Below are positions 24,561-37,809 of a stretch of DNA of 64,000 nucleotides, piece after piece. The stretch lies in the NCBI GenBank assembly GCA_024704765.1, contig JAKMXF010000343.1:558001-622000 (forward strand), in the 5' to 3' direction. The notes below the pieces were generated by a model. That model did no database searches. It was not told the origin of the DNA and saw nothing but the letters and a program-made list of their open reading frames with translations. The stretch's first letter is position 1; each line of letters starts with the position of its first letter. The stretch is from Oopsacas minuta (lineage: Eukaryota; Animalia; Porifera). The translations under genes and the position numbers were made by a program.

Positions 24561-25749
24561 GCCATGAACAGATGTTTTCAATAAAAATAGAATTCAACAA
24601 AACTTCACCAACTATATCGAACGTACTGAATCCGATTTTCACACTTTTGGATTAATCACATGTAAATTTATTGTTGTTTTTATCAATATAAAGTAAACAA
24701 ACTTCAAAATTGAGGTGGTAGAATCATACTTTCAACGACTATACTGGGGTAATTGAGTATGCTGAGTCTGAATATTGTAAACAACATCAATATTATTAAA
24801 TCTCCATAGTTGTTTGTCTGTTTGTTTGTCCGTTGAATACCTCGAGGCGCAATGCGCCGTTTTCATCATGAAGCGACGAGTCAAAGGCTCTTACATTTTA
24901 ATATTCGTAGATTATAATGTGTGCGTTAGATTTCATTGAGATAGTTGGCTTTAGATTTAGATATTCTCAGTTTATTAGATTTCCGTATAGATTAGCATGA
25001 TATTATTCATGCTCTTTAGTTATATCTTGTAATTTATTAAACTAGTCTTGCCAATTCTAAGTTTTTGGTTTAAGTACGTAGTGTCATTAACAAAATGACG
25101 GTTATTATATTCTCGTGAAATAACTGGAAAGCCCTTTTGCCATACTTTTTGGAAAGCAATAAACATTTTTTACATATATGTAAACGGCATATTGTATTGC
25201 TTCGAGAACTAACGTGAGTATATTATCAATAAGAGTTTATGAGTCCTGACCAAGTACAAGTATACAAGGATAGTATTGCTTGAAAGTGTTTGAAGTTCAT
25301 CAATTCGTGGCAGAAATCCAAGTTCAGAATTGGCCGTCTTGCCAATTTATAGCAAATGTAAAGCCCACCATATTTACAAACACGAATAACACGATGCAAT
25401 TTTCTGTATCCAACACCAGCCATTGGAAACTTGGAAATAAATCTTGTGTAAAGCATTAAGCTTATGATTTGGTGCATACCTGTCTACCACAATCACAAGC
25501 ACGTAACTCAATTTAATTGTATATCTTATTTCAGGACCAAATGAATCAAAAATGCCGTCAGCAAAAATATTATTGAAACATTCGTAATGTAATTAATTAG
25601 TTATGTACTGTGTTAGACTAGCAATGTGGAAATAGTTTACAGGAAAATTTAACAGCCTTGGTGAATGTCTTCAACAAACATCCTCATCAAGGAGGATCCT
25701 AAATAGCAGATGAGGGATCCAACTTAACTTTATACATCTGTAATAAAAT

Positions 25750-25900
25750 CACTTACGGCAAAAAGTACAACAGGTTGAGATTGAGCAAATACACTTACGG
25801 CAAAAGATTTCTAAAAGGAGTGGGTCCAATTACAAATTCAGGAGGAGGAGGACGACCACTATATAAGTAATAGTTTAGTGTGTGATGCAGTTCAAACTGA
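25750..25900 (+). promoter_or_regulatory. Putative core promoter of gene B
   Basis: TATATAAG 25860-67, CCAAT 25826-30, (GGA)4, duplicated acttacggcaaaa motif. Confidence 0.55.
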
Positions 25901-25905
25901 GTAAT

Positions 25906-25972
25906 ATGAAGCATCTATATTTCATTTTATCGATATTGGTGCTTCAGTTGCACACGCTAGTCTACTCACAAG
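25906..25972 (+). CDS. Gene B signal-peptide exon
   Basis: MKHLYFILSILVLQLHTLVYSQ+G, gtaagt donor. Confidence 0.85.
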
Positions 25973-28900
25973 GTAAGTATATTGTGTTCATTTGATAATT
26001 ATTATGTATACGAGTCAGGCAGTGCTGTATCAACTCCTTTTGAGTTGGCAAAACCTCAATATTTGTCTTCCAACTCGTTTACTTTTCTTTCACCAACCCA
26101 ATAATCTCATTCCAAATTATGAGTTTATTTTACCAACTCATTGTATAGCCAAGAGTTAATTTCGAAATATTGAGTTTCTAACTTTATAACTGATGCATTG
26201 CTGTTACGACTGAAGCAATGTATACATTGTTACATCATTTCCTTAGATGATTTCCAATTCTTAGGCCAGATAATATACCTACTTTTTATACCTTCTGGCT
26301 TAATTAGTGTTAACTCCGCGGCTTTCGAACATGTGGGGGACTTGGCACTTTGTACCTCAAATTTAGTAAAGTATAAAATTACAAAATTGAATTAATACAT
26401 AAATATTTCAATATTTGTTTACTTTATATTCATAAAAACACCAACTAAATTTGCATATGAGAATCCATATCTACATGATTATCATGTGATTAATCATATT
26501 TTCACAACTTCTGCGTATAATTCAAAATAATGTTAGAAATTTCGTTTTAACTGCTAGTCAGGGGTAATCGAGCATGTACTAATCTCTCATTCAGTGATTA
26601 ATCATATGATCATTCATCTTTTCACAGCTTTTTACACATACTTCAAATTGAGGCTAGAGAATTCTTTTCAAAAGGGAGACAGGGGGTAATTGCAAAATTA
26701 TTTAGAATTTTCTCCATTAGATTGGAGGATAAAATATGAAGTAGAGTAGGGGACTAATAATATGGAATATCCTGAAATATTTCTCAGATCCAAGAGCCAA
26801 AAATCATTCAGGACTGGTGCATTGCAGCATCTACAAGGGGGGTCAGGGAAGGCATACCCCCTGAAAAGAACAAATACACATAACCCTGGTCTGCACTACT
26901 AGTATGTCGGTTGGATCGTCGTTTAACAGTTGTTCTATGGTGTTTTGAAATTCTTACACTGCACTGGAAGGTTATAGTAGCTCACTGGCCCATTGACCCA
27001 TCGGGAAATCTCCCGTTCTCGCCGTAGGCCAGTCCAATCCTGGCTATGACAACAATGATGGTATTTTATCTGAGAAATATTTGCTCTCGCTTTGTAAAAT
27101 ATATGATTGTGCTAGTTTTCTAACAAGTAATACCATCGAGATTTGGAAATGGCTGAATAGCCATCTCCGGTAAACACGTAAAATACACACTCTATGGGTT
27201 GGAATATACGTGTGGGGTGGTAAAATCATAATATTTTCCCTATACTCAGATCCCTAAAGTAAGTAGTTATGCGACATCTCGGAAGTAATCTTTTTCGTTA
27301 ACATCAATTCATTCTTTGGCAATGAACTAACAGACAAACAACATTTGAGATGTATAAATATTGAATTCCCGCTGACGTGTGTTTTGTTCTCTGTACTCTA
27401 GTGCCTACTGACGGTTGTGATGCAATATCAAATGGAACGACATGTTTCAATTATTACACACATGGTGGCATTAATTGGATGGGATCTAGCCAACAGTGCC
27501 AAAATATCGGGTATGACCTAGCTACAGTATCATCTGCTGAAGAGAAGGCATTGATAGTAAGTATACGTACCAACCCAAGTAATAGTTGGATAGGGCTATA
27601 TAGCCCAAGCAGCGATAATACATTTGTTTGGATAGATGGTAGTGATAGTACGTATAGGGATTGGAATCCAGGAGAGCCCAGCGGTGGTACAGACTGCGTT
27701 GAAATGTATGGAACTGGTGATTATTTCTGGAATGATCTAGGTTGTAGTCAGAATTTGAACAGCTATATCTGTAGTAGTAATGGTAAGAATATACGATTAA
27801 TAACATTCAGTTAATTATTCAGTACCTAATTTAATGTGTTTGTTTGTTTCTATATATAATAGTACAAATTTGAACTGAGATATTCAGAACTAATCTAACC
27901 CTCAGTCGTATTACAGGTTAAGTACATTGTGTATATGGTTTGATGTATTCTTTTAGTGGACGTATTCGGAGAAGTAATAGCATCAATATACTCAGCATTA
28001 TCAGACAATACAATTCTAACGTCAAACACTACTCTCTACTGTGTTACAGAGAATATGAACACACCAGAAGTGATGTGGAGTTATGTAGATCCATCTGGTA
28101 TCAGAACTGATCTCAATTCTACAACTGATCCTACTACAGGTGTTAGTACTATACAAGTGTACACTACTCAGCCTGGATCATACAGCTGTGAAGTCACTGA
28201 GGATGGAGGGGTAGTTAGGACCTATACAGCTGTAATATTTGACTCAAATCCAAATCCAGGTAGATTCCATTCCTTTTACAATAGACTTTCGTTAATACGT
28301 ACACCAGAGGACCTCCAATACTCGTACTACCTATCCGGCTATCTTGATCAGATTTTGATTTCAACCCCCATTATAGCCGATGAGAGCAAGTATCTACGTT
28401 TTGAGATTTTGCTAATTTTTTCCAATATATTCAACAATACATTTTCATATTAGAACCTTGAAATTGCGAATTTCGAATTCAGTGTACTTAGTTACCCCCT
28501 GGGTAACCGTTTAGTGCAATCCTATTCATAAAAAAATATACATCGATATCAACGGACAGACAACAATTGAGATTTAATACTATTGATGTTGTTTATAATA
28601 CAAAAATACATAGTTATGCGACAATTTCAAAATTGCATGCCTTATATCCTTTCCTTGACACCCGACGAACAAACAAACAAACAACAATTGAGATTGAATA
28701 ATATTGATATATCTCCCATTCCATATATGATTTGCACCAAATGACTACGGAGCCTATTCAATATTCGAATTGAAATATTTCAAATTTTCTGACTGGCAAG
28801 AGGATCACCTCTGCAACGGCTACAAGATATGGTTGCCTCAATTTATATGTGGATTATGGTGTAAAATACGTATTCCATTTAGTTACAACAGCATATTGGT

Positions 28901-31900
28901 ATATTTCTTAAACAAGACAGATTGATATAGTCTTCAAATGGTCCTTACTGAACAAAATTACCAAAGTATATTTCTGATATTTCCAATATTCGACAATTTA
29001 CTGATATTTCCAATATTTTAGATATATCAGATATTTCGATATGTTTTCTATTTTCATAAAATCGTACAGATATGTATCGTATCGGATAATATTAACCGAT
29101 ATCGATATGTTATCATCTTATGTCCTCTGTATTGTAGTTCCTTCAAGTGGATGTGGTGCAATATCAAATGAAGGTACATGTTTCAGGTATTTCGAGAGCT
29201 CTCTTATTAACTGGGGAGATTCTAGACAACAGTGTCTTTCGAGCGGTTACAACCTAGCTACAATATCATCATCTGAAGAGAATACACTGTTGTTAAGCAT
29301 AGTTACAGGAAGTGGTAATTGTTGGATAGGACTCAATGATATGGCTAATGAAGGGACATTTGTTTGGGTAGATGGCAGTGATAGTACGTATAGAAATTTT
29401 GATAATGGTCAACCCGATCTTGGATCGTTAGAAAACTGTGTAGAATTTAGACCGAATGGTCGCTGGAATGATGCTCAATGTTTGTTACAGATATTTACTT
29501 GCTATTTCTGTAGCATTAAAGGTAAATGATTATATTTGTATATTTGAATTTTTCAGAAGAGAAATTAGTGATTGAATACTGGAGGAATTATCCCCAGTCA
29601 CGACTCTTTAGCCAGTCGCTATTCGTTTCGAAGTATACTTCAAATAATCCGTCCTTTTGAGCTCAATAGATAATATCTTCTGTTTAAGTCGACATTTATT
29701 TCGAAAATTATTCCACAATTATTTATCATAAAATTTGTTGGAAACTTTGCCCTAAATATTCCTTTGCTCGCACACCCCACTAAAGATTCCTTGAAGCGGC
29801 CCTGCATACATTATTATTTATTTAATTTTATTGGACCGTGTATTGTAAGTAGAGGATGAACAGGGGGAGTTTATTGGCATGGGCCAGCCCAACATAACGC
29901 ATGAAACCAACAAGGTTTAGTATATTTCTAAAATGAACAAATTTATTGATCAGATAGTTCTTGATACTAATATCAATGATGATATTAATTACATAAAGGA
30001 ATATATTCAATTATTTCAAATTTGATGGCAGGTATATCCTGACAAAAGTGCCTCGGGCTCGGACTTGTGACCTCTAGTAGCATGAATTACATGCAACATT
30101 CATTGTTGCATGGAATTAGGAATATATTGTATTTCCTGAAATACTGTTACATGAAATATATTTGCATTTTCTTGTTACATACAACAAAGTTGTATCATAT
30201 AAGGTGGACTTATCCCTTTGGTATGCTATCCTTTAGTGAATGTGTTTGGAGAAGTTACAGGTTCAACATACTCTGCATTATCAGACAACACAATTCTAAC
30301 AACAGACACTACACTCTACTGTATTACAGAGAATATGAACACACCAGAAGTGATGTGGAGTTATGTAGATCTATTTGGTATCAGAACTGATCTCACTTCT
30401 ACAACTGATCCTAATACAGGAGTTAGTACTATACAAGCATACATTACTCAGCCTGGATCATACAGCTGTGAAGTTACAGAGAGTGGAGGGATGAATAGGA
30501 CCTATACAGCTGTAATACCCGACACTGACCCAAATACAGGTAATTAGATTACTTATGTTACAGTACACCAGTAACATCGAGAGGGCTTATGGGGAGCCAA
30601 AATTCCCGGGGCGTGCTCACCAATTTCGACTCTCTCTTTACCGGATACAGACTAGTCAATAATTCTCAACATTTGTCAAAAGCGTTTCTATAATCAATAC
30701 AAACCTTCATACGTATATTCTATACTATTTTATGATATGCATGCCTGCTAAGAGCAAACCCATATGTGTCATATCCCTGTATGCAGTTCTCGTTTCTCCT
30801 TTGGATTGGCTAGAACCCTGTACACCCATAGGATCTTTTCTCGCTCCATGCGGTTGGGTTCAAGTGAATCAATATACGCGTGAATATATACATAAACTAA
30901 GTTGTGCCTCAGGCATTATATGTCATGCAGATCCTATGCATGCCATCTTTATTCCGTAAATAGTGAATATTATCATTTTACCGATATTTATTCAAATTTC
31001 GTTGACGCGCATCAAAATATAATTCTGAAGTGACAAAAGCTAAAAGTATACATAGACTGAACTGGAAATCCGTGTGTGCTTGAATAAGAACTTTTGATTT
31101 ACACAACAAAGTGTACATGCTTTGATAGTTTAGGTAATTAGGCTCACACAATTAGTAGGTTTGTCTCAACTAAAATCAATGTACAAATCTACTTAGTCCC
31201 TGCCCTGTACAGAACAACAAAAGTAGTAAAAATCCCCCGTACGTTTGGCAGATAAATAAGCCATACTTGCTATGTGCCAACTATCCCTATTGGCCCCATT
31301 GGATTTGAATTCAAAAGAGATTAATGTAGCGAGATGACAATGACTTCGAAAATTTTAGCGACACTTTTAACCTCTAGTTATGTCAATTCACGTGTGAACC
31401 TCATTATTGTTATAAATATGACGAGGCCTCATAAAACTTAACTTGTGGCCTTATGTGGCTCTCGGTAGCCATGTAATACACTATGTGATTTCCCATTATA
31501 CTTACCATTCACATGCTTTCTTTGTATTGTAGTGCCTACAAGTGGATGTGATGCTATTTCAAGTGATGGGACATGTATCAATTATTTCACAGGCTCACTC
31601 AACTGGGAAGATTCTAGACTACAATGTGTTTCAAGTGGTTACGACCTAGTTACAATATCATCAAGTGAACAGAATAACTTGTTGTTTAGCATAAATACTG
31701 GCTCAATAGAATGTTGGATAGGACTGAGGGAGACAGACATTAACGGGAGATTTACTTGGGCAGATGGTACTGTCAATAACTTCAGGAGATTTGATACTGG
31801 TCAGCCCAATGGTGGACCACCTGAACAATGTGTACATACTACGAATATCTTAGACACTTGGAATGATACACCATGTACAGACATACTGCCTTGCTACTTC

Positions 31901-34501
31901 TGTGGTACCAAATGTAAGTGTTTTTGTAATTTGAATAATTCTATAGTCAGAAATTTGGAATATGTAGCCTGAATTGTGAGACTTGTTTAAGAAATATTTG
32001 CCAATATTTGATGTACGTGAGACGTTTGCATTATATATATTGCTTGTTATCCTTTAGTGGACGTATTCGGAGAAGTAATAGCATCAACATACTCTGCATT
32101 ATCAGACAATACAATTCTAACAACAAACACTACTCTCTACTGTATTACAGAGAATATGAACACACCAGAAGTGATGTGGAGTTATGTAGATCTATCTGGT
32201 ATCAGTACTGATCTCACTTCTACAACTGATCCTAATACAGGAATTAGTACTATACCAGCATACACTACTCAACCTGTATACTACAGCTGTGAAGTTACAG
32301 AGAGTGGAGGGACGAGTAGAACTTATACAGTTGGGTTGTTCTCCCCAAATTTTTATACAGGTAGAATCCGACATACCATAGCAAAGTAGAATAATCTTGT
32401 ATGAATATGTATTTTGTATTTTTTCTCATAGAAGCTGTAGCGAATAGATATTATACTTACACGATTGGGATAGATAATGAAGATATCTATCTTTTCTATT
32501 CACCAGCTGATAACTCAGTACAACTTACTGATATTCACTGGATGATTCAAGGTCTACCAGGAATTTTGGCCAATCCACTTAACATTTACTCTCTGGCGTC
32601 TTATATCGGAGATATGAACGTTATCACCCTGAACTGTTATGATATCGAATCTGGAAATATTTTGGTCAGTGTTGCACTCTTCGTTCAAAGTTAGTTAGAT
32701 CATTAGCCTAATTCAGTGGAACCTCGTAAATACGAACACCAACGGACTGCCAAATTTTGTTCGCCTTTGTATTAGCCGGAGTAATACCAATTGAATATCC
32801 ATTGTAGGTACATAAATTTGTGTAATGTTTGTCCGTTTTATCAGAAAATTAGTATTAACCATGTTCGTATTAACGAGTTTGCACTGTATGTATATTAGAA
32901 TCATCAGTTGTATGATGTTATCTAGTTGTATATAATTATACTCATTAGATCAACCTCTAATTCAACTGGGCAACCAAATAATCACCTCATTTCCTCTTCT
33001 GCCTCCTGATGTTAACAGAGCAGATTTTACTATACTGTCTGAAGATGTAGTTCTGAGTACAAACCTGCAAGGGAGATGGCAGAGACCAAATAGTAATAAT
33101 GACACACTTAGCTATATCACTTTCGATATTTTCCAGCAATCTGACGAAGGACTGTACAGGTTCTATGTTACTAATTGGGAAGGAATAGAGACACTGGCTA
33201 TACAGATATACATTACAGCTGTTGGTAAGATATCTATAGGTTCTAGAATTTAATACAATGCATCATATCTAATCTACTGCGAGTCAAAACGTCTACAAAG
33301 GCCACGGATGGATTTCCTCGACAAAATAATTGGATAAAAGTAATTCCACCACTGCCAATAACACTTTAAACTACACATCACATCAACCCCCGAGCGGTCA
33401 GAATGTCCTAACAATATTGTTCTATTGCAAAAAGCAATCCGCTTTGATTAGTGAAATGCTTTTCTACACTACTATTAGTATAGGAATTAGGAGTACTGGT
33501 ATATTCTTTCGAAATTTGTACAAACAATGAAATAGCCGTCCATATAATAATGTATACGTAAACAGTAGATTTGGATATAATCAGGGCCTTCAGAAGCCCC
33601 ATGGGTAGTGAGACGGCTAATCGGCTATGCTGACTCATAGTAAATAGAACTAGAATTATTTCATGAAAAATGGGGCAGCCAAGGTTACCCAAGCCCTATT
33701 TTGAAGGCCTGGATACAATTAAGTATTTTGGGACATTTTAAAACATTTCTCAAGGGTTGTATTTTGGGAAATGTTCTATTTGGCCCTGTTCGTAACTTCT
33801 GATTAATCAGGGTTACTGTATTCTATTTAACAATTATTTACTTAATTTACTAAATATTTATTTATTTAGAATCTACACAAAGTATCATTAATTTAAGAAC
33901 AGACTCTTCTGGGGAAAGTTCAGTACTCGTATTTTGGGAGTTATCAGAATCTAATGCTAGTTATACTGATGTAATATTCTCAATATATTTGGGATTAGCA
34001 GATTACGAATTTCTCGTTGGTACAACACTATTTCACCATTACGAAATAACTAATCTACAAGGAAATGTAAATTACACAATTCGAGTAGAATTTCAGATTC
34101 CATTCTCAACAGAAAATGTTTCAGCAACTACTTATCACTTCCGCGAACCAATTGCAACTCCAACTAATAACATCACTCAATCTACAAAAAGCAATGTAAT
34201 AATTCCTACGACTAATCCAGTCATCTACGTCATAGTGGTGGGGGTAGTCATTATTATAATTCTACTGCTGCTGATTTTAGTGATTGCGGTAGTTGTTTGC
34301 TTTTTTATGAAGAGGAACTCTTTGAAAAAATCAGTGAAGTCTCAGACTAATCCTCAGCTTTTTGATCTTCCAGCACGCGGGAATGAAACTTATAACCAAG
34401 ATGTGAACGTAAATCTTGCATATTCGCCTGAGAAAAAAGTTGACCTTTCAATAGAAAAACCTCCTTTGGAAGTTTCTTCTCCTAACGACTACTCTACCTG
34501 A
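25906..34501 (+). CDS. Receptor gene B (10 exons): SP-(CTL-Ig)3-Ig-Ig-FN3-TM-tail, 1095 aa
   Basis: Exon lengths 67+381+303+384+303+381+303+258+276+632=3288 nt, in frame, GT-AG throughout. Confidence 0.88.
27402..27782 (+). CDS. Gene B C-type lectin exon (unique EPS class)
   Basis: WIGL, PGEPSGG, FWND. Confidence 0.9.
27957..28259 (+). CDS. Gene B Ig-like exon
   Basis: 303 nt. Confidence 0.85.
29138..29521 (+). CDS. Gene B C-type lectin exon (QPD loop)
   Basis: 384 nt; NGQPDLG, WND. Confidence 0.9.
30237..30539 (+). CDS. Gene B Ig-like exon
   Basis: 303 nt. Confidence 0.85.
30569..31473. mobile_element. About 905-bp TIR-bounded intronic insertion (partial mirror at 1..645)
   Basis: Ends cagtaacatcgagag/ctctcggtagccatg; flanks cagtacac/taatacac; empty site in the 80-nt gene C intron 54932..55011. 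Confidence 0.55.
31533..31913 (+). CDS. Gene B C-type lectin exon (QPN class)
   Basis: 381 nt. Confidence 0.9.
32058..32360 (+). CDS. Gene B Ig-like exon
   Basis: 303 nt, intact (PVYYSCEV). Confidence 0.85.
32432..32689 (+). CDS. Gene B divergent Ig-like exon
   Basis: 258 nt, phase 1-1; IHWMI...LNCYD beta-strand pattern. Confidence 0.65.
32949..33224 (+). CDS. Gene B Ig-like exon (not in ORF track)
   Basis: 276 nt open: GRWQRP...QSDEGLYRFYV (DxGxY motif, no canonical Cys). Confidence 0.75.
33870..34501 (+). CDS. Gene B FN3 + transmembrane + cytoplasmic tail exon
   Basis: VLVFWE...YEITNLQGNVNYTIRV (FN3 pattern), about 29-aa hydrophobic helix, KRNSLKK stop-transfer, TGA. Confidence 0.88.
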
Positions 34502-36089
34502 GAATATTTATCGTAATTATTGTGTGAAAATACTTTACGAACTACATAAGTATATTATTCTTAGATTATAGTGTGTGCATTATATTTCACTGAGATAGCT
34601 AGATGCAGATATTAGATTTCTTAGTGTATTAGATTTGTGAAGATTATCTTGATTTTTCTTGTTTGAGTTATGTATCTTGTTATTTGGTTATATTAGTTCC
34701 CCCTTCGTAGTCATTTTAATTAATTCAATAACTTCACTGATCCGGGCACCATTTCCACGTAATTCGAAATTGATTGGACAATTGTCATCTAATATATATC
34801 CCTTATAATAGAGTTATCTTGAGTTGTAATTTATGTCAAAACACGAAAAAAATAGATTTAATAATTCAAATGCATCTCGATAATTTAGACAAAATATATA
34901 TTTTGGATTTACCATACAGTTATTGTCATTTCTGAAATCGGAGTACCCTTTGATATAATTGAAATTCATAATCCTGAATACAATAACCATATTTTGAAAA
35001 GTGAAATAAATCGAATATTTAATCAATAAAGATTTCGGTATAGCTATATCTAGGTGTCCATAGTAACTGAGGGACTTGTTCTGCGAATTTAGGGATTAAA
35101 TTCCATAAATTTTTGTGGCTTAGCTGGTGAGCCCCTTTTAGTCAGGCCCTTCGCCGTGGGGAGCACAGGGAGCAATGTTGCCCCACCTGTATGGTAAAAA
35201 TCCTTGACCCTGGAACAATGTCCCCTGGCAACTCGTATCCGGTTCAGGCCAAATCCTCCAAACAGGATAATCACACCTAATATAGAATGATCGTCAAATT
35301 GTACTATTTGAGTATTATGATATAGATATATTTAGACACAAGTATATGGCATATATGTTATTGGATTGTTTTGTAAGATCAACTCCCTGTGTTGTTGTTT
35401 AGAGCAAGTCTGTATGTATATTTGAAATTTGGTAAATTTGTTTATTTGTGTTTTGTATTACTAAGTATCCTGAGAGGAGTCACTCTCTAAGCCGGGATGC
35501 CAACCTCTTAAAGCCAAAAAGCGGGAGGCCTTTACCATTTTGGTGGGAGGTTGACCAAAAAAGCGGAGTCTCAAATATGTGCTATTATATTCATTTATCC
35601 ATTTATAATAGAACGATAAAATACCATTATTTATTCTGTTTGGATATCTACAATTATGATACTCCTCTTTATATAGTTTTACCTATTAAATTTCTCCCTC
35701 ATACCTTCATGGTATACGAGTGTGAAGTTAGTAGCGAGCTAACAGCGAGAAATCGAGCACACTTTGAATCGTTATAATTCTGTTACCATGGGGTGTAGAG
35801 AGGTCTCATATGATGAACTAAAGGTAGATTGTTATATTTTGCATTTTCTACTAATTTGTATTTATTAATATATATTCTGATTCAAGATGTTTTAGTGATG
35901 TGAAACCATACTTTTTGCTGTATTACTTTACTTGATTGCAATATCAGTTTAATGAAACTTGCGGGCATCTGCGCAAAGTCTCTGATGATGAATTGATAAT
36001 GATAATAATCATTTCTACCATATTAGGATATCTTGTATTTGAGTGAATTTCTATATTATTATTATCTTATATTTTTGGACTTAATTCAG

Positions 36090-37207
36090 CGTATTTTAAA
36101 TTGCTTCATTGATTTTTCATTTTCCAAAAATCTCAATTATTTGGTTTGGTATGAAGTTACCTAATAACAGATTGTCATTTTGCAAATGTCGTAAACCAAG
36201 TTGTTCACTTCCTTCTTCTTCTTCACATCATATTTCCATATTCATCTATCGTATAATATTGGTCTTAATCAACATAATTATCAGTAGTGCGGAGATGTCG
36301 AGCTATATCCTGTACCAAGACAATCAGGTAATATATACTGAATTTCAATATTCACACACATTGATACGAATCAATATATTATCCTATGTAATTTTGAATC
36401 AGCATATTATAATCGATTTTTTGTCGAACTTTGATCGAAAAATGTCGAATCTTGATCGAAAAACAAGAACTTTGATCGAAAAGTGAGAACTTTGATAGAA
36501 ATGGAGAAATAAAACAAAAAAATCCAACGATCCGCCATTTACAAACTTTTAAAATAATCAATCCAACAAAACTCCATCTATGGTATTGATTCATTTGTGA
36601 CTGCAAATTTCGTCCAGATAATTACGCAGACTTATCACTGCAAACTCACTCAATAGATTCTTCAGACAATCGTGAGTCAAATCAATTTAGTTAACCCAGA
36701 GCGAATGGTTATTTCTCTGCCCATTAGATAAGGCAGTTTCACTACATAGTGAATGGACAAATGTTTTTACCACTAATTTGTCGACTGTTTTCCCATATTG
36801 TGTCCTGATATTTTTGTATAATCGCATCAACCTCAATTGCCCTCGAAGGCAAATGTCATTATTTTGTCGCCTAGGCCAAATGCAAATTTGCAAGTTGTAT
36901 CAATCTAAGAATCACCATAGATTGTCTACCCAATTTTGCAGTTGAAAATCTAACGGTTACAGTTAATGTCATAGGAACACATTCAAGTCAACATTTCAAC
37001 AATGAAACATCCTATAGTAGACAATTATCAGGACAAGCCAGAGAAATAGTTGCAAAAGAGTTACAATATAATTTGCCAAGTAAGTATCATTATGAGCAGT
37101 TTGATAATACTTCTAAATTAACAATTGCGTCACATGGATGTATAAACTACCAAAAATCTGCCGAGGTGATTCGAAAAATTAAGTCTGAACAAGCATCCAA
37201 ATGTAGA
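36090..37207 (+). pseudogene. 5' part of MULE-type transposase relic
   Basis: Mirror of about 47207..48290; truncated at the duplication junction. Confidence 0.6.
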
Positions 37208-37809
37208 ATTACAAGATATAACTAAAGAGCATGAATAATATCAGCTAATATACACAGAAATCTAATAAACTGAGAATATCTAAATCTAAAGCAAACTATC
37301 TCAATAAAATCTAAGGCACACATTATAATTATAATCTACGAATATTAAAATGTACGAGCCTTTGGCTCGTCGCTTCATGATGAACTCGGCGCATTGCGCC
37401 TCGAGGTATTTTACGGACAAACAAACAGACAAACAACAATTGAGATTTAATAATATTGATGTTGTTCACAATATTCAGACTCAGCATACCCGATTACCCC
37501 AGTATAGTCATTGAAAGTATAATTCTACTACCTCAATTTGGAAGTTTGTTTACAGTATATTCATGAACACAACAATAATTTTACATATGAGAAACTTGAA
37601 ATGCGAATTTCTTGCTCAGCGTGCTTAGTTACCCCTGGATAGCCGTTGAGAGGAAGCCTGTGCGTATATTTTGAGATTTGGGTAATTTGTTTACTTTATA
37701 TTCATATATACAACAATAAATTTATATATGATTAATCCAAAAGTGTGAAAATCGGATTAAGTACTTTCGATATATTTAGTGAAGTTTTATTGAATTCTAT
37801 TTTTATTGA

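Larger units (their letters stand above)
13100..25035. repeat. Left arm of large inverted segmental duplication (partner about 37207..46490)
   Basis: Mariner relic, transporter, mini-hAT and hAT relic appear in mirrored order; arm-specific inserts at 13588..14332 and about 19650..21340. Confidence 0.9.
31500..37211. repeat. Inverted duplication: gene B 3' half plus downstream versus about 47203..52800 (gene C 3' half)
   Basis: Mirrored CTL-Ig-Ig-Ig-FN3/TM exons, 3' UTR and MULE relic. Confidence 0.9.

Noticed and set aside
35089-35274. GC-rich short ORF downstream of gene B (mirrored near 49100 and 63300)
   Set aside because: Frames differ between copies; it looks like MITE internal sequence
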